From Gekko japonicus (Eukaryota): a DNA stretch of 62,148 nt. Position numbers and translations under genes: made by a program. Below, piece by piece: positions 60,305 through 62,148 of this stretch. Where the stretch lies: the NCBI RefSeq assembly GCF_001447785.1, contig NW_015167130.1:23973-86120 (forward strand). The letters are read 5' to 3'. Position 1 is the stretch's first letter, and each line of letters starts with the position of its first letter. A model generated the notes under the pieces. The model saw only the letters and a program-made list of their open reading frames with translations, was not told the DNA's origin and did no database searches.

Positions 60305-60870
60305 GGGAGGGGAAAGGTGGCATGGTATTATACCATTGGTATAGACTGATCTTATCAGATATTGAAAGCAACCTGGGCCTGTAAGTGGATGGGTGTCAGA
60401 CTCCTGCAGCAATCAGTTCCCAACAGCTTTCATTCAAAGTAAAGTTTATTGAGACAATTGATAGTATGCAGATATTTTAACCATTTCGTGTTAGAACTGA
60501 ATAAAAGCATGTAAAGCAAACAGTTATACATTACTCAAAGAGACCCCTTATGGCCCAGGCCAATGAGTGGCCAGGTCGAAGTCTGCCAAAGTAAGGAACA
60601 TCAGTTCCCATGAGAAATAGTACACCAGGCACTGAAGGTCAAACAGAGATAATAGAAACAGAGAAGACACAGCAGAAATGAAACTTAACATTCCAGAGTC
60701 ACCCCACTCCCATGGCAGCCAGGACTAAACAGAGGCCTAGCTGACAATGGGAGATCACCAAGGAAGACTCTGCAGTGGAAGGCAATGGCAAACAACCTCT
60801 GCTTCTCATTTGCCTTGAAAGCCAGTTCTTGGAGTTGCCATAAATTGACATTGACTGGACTACACTTACA
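60305..60870 (+). mobile_element. 5S-derived SINE interrupted by a solo LTR
   Basis: Head at 60305-60393 and continuation AGATCACCAAGGAAGACTCTGCAG from 60752. Confidence 0.7.
60394..60746 (-). mobile_element. Solo LTR-like element
   Basis: TGTCAG...CTGACA termini and a perfect 5-bp TSD ATGGG (60389-60393 / 60747-60751). Confidence 0.8.
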
Positions 60871-60943
60871 GATGTATGGAAGACATTTACTGAAATACAT
60901 CAGTTTAGGGATCAAGATAATTCCATTGAAATTAGCTCCATAT

Positions 60944-61279
60944 ACACTTAAATGGGATAACTATCAATAAAATGGTTGAAAGCCTTGTTTGAACTCCTAG
61001 ACCTATTCAGGCTGCTTGAAGGAAAGCTCATGAATCAGGATCTATATGATATATAGGGCAGTTCGAGATGGACAGAATTCTGATTTGCCCCCCAAGCCAG
61101 AAATAATGAGGACACTTAAATGGGATAACTATCAATAAAATGGTTGAAAGCCTTGTTTGAACTCCTAGACCTATTCAGGCTGCTTGAAGGAAAGCTCATG
61201 AATCAGGATCTATATGATATATAGGGCAGTTCGAGATGGACAGAATTCTGATTTGCCCCCCAAGCCAGAAATAATGAGG
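60944..61279. repeat. Apparently perfect 168-bp direct tandem duplication
   Basis: 60944-61111 repeated at 61112-61279. Confidence 0.9.
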
Positions 61280-62126
61280 CAGACACAAGTGTTGGGTTTA
61301 ACTATAGGGCCACTTTATTAACGGACAAGTTTAGCTGGAACCAACGGCAAGGGCAAAACAGAATTGCGTTATGGTCAAGGCCAGAGGTCAAGGACCCCTC
61401 CCTTACCTATGTCCATAGGGCGAGCCACCCTTGCCCCGGGTGGGAGCCCACTGCAGGGGCTACCATCCGGCCGGCTAGCCATTGCAAGACAACCCTGTAG
61501 CCCCATCCCCCAAGCCGCAAGGCTCAAAGAGAGGACCTAAACAGGGCCGTCCCGAAGGCAGTCCGTTTTCCCCGCCCCATGCCGCAAGGCACAAAGGCTG
61601 TACTCACAGGACCCCTTCAACCCCAAATATGGGTGTCAGCTGGTGCTCACCGGACCGCAATCTGTATACCGCATATCAACCTGCCACAGCTGGTGCTCAC
61701 CGGACCGCAATCTGTATACCGCATATCAACCTGCCAAATTAAAAGTGACCGACTGAACTAACTCGACTTGCCCTCATAAATACCTGCATCACTGTCGCAG
61801 TGCAGGGTAGGCGAAAAATACCCCCTCCAAGTGCCAATCAGGAAGGGGTGAAAAATTCCTACCCGGCCCCCAAAAAACTGGACGACCAGCAAACGCCTGC
61901 ACTGCTAACAGGGCGGGAGGGTGGGCCGACGAAACGCGCGGGACTGCTGAGGAGAGGCGGGGCTGGGCTTTTAAGCCCACACTGCCCCGCCCCCTACAGA
62001 GTCCCGTGTGCAGCGCTTTTGGCGCCAAATGCCGGCTGCCTCTTCTGGCTGGGAGGCAAAGGCGCCCCCCCAGCCCAACGGCCGGAACGGCCATGGGCAG
62101 GTTGAAGCGTGTTTTGTCCTGAACAT
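61228..62126 (-). mobile_element. Possible GC-rich solo LTR with an internal 50-bp duplication (61637-61736)
   Basis: Minus strand starts TGTTCAGGAC, with a TTAAAAG TATA-like site at ~61970 and AATAAA at ~61315 followed by GTGTCTG. No clear TSD. Confidence 0.4.
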
Positions 62127-62148
62127 CCATTAGGGTTGCCAACTTTTA

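Noticed and set aside
46272-60746. A single LTR retroelement that captured V2R gene D
   Set aside because: Each LTR has its own TSD and host SINE, and the gene retains its introns.

Overview
Eukaryotic, repeat-rich reptile DNA (a squamate, probably a gecko, inferred from the SINE content and V2R type). It holds part of a vomeronasal type-2 receptor (V2R, class C GPCR) cluster. The core is a ~19.5-kb head-to-tail segmental duplication: copy 1 is ~2594-22088 and copy 2 is ~22089-43090. Each copy carries the terminal 7TM exon of one V2R (A at 3497-4398; orphan A' at 23151-24058) and a complete six-exon V2R (B at 7498-17604, frameshifted pseudogene; C at 32035-41227, open frame, 874 aa). A more divergent intact V2R (D, 56624-47509, 872 aa) lies on the minus strand. 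Mobile elements include a Gypsy 3' end with its LTR, a full-length L1 with an 18-bp TSD, two non-autonomous L1-type elements (one ORF1-only, HAL1-like), solo LTRs, hAT and Harbinger-like MITEs, tRNA- and 5S-derived SINEs, and CR1/L2 fragments. The most intriguing signals are: (i) two independent insertions of one LTR-like family 7 bp apart in the 5S box C of a 5S-derived SINE, (ii) an upstream homeodomain-site-rich block conserved between divergent V2R paralogues, and (iii) ORF1-only and chimeric retroelements. All coordinates were read by eye and no database searches were run.
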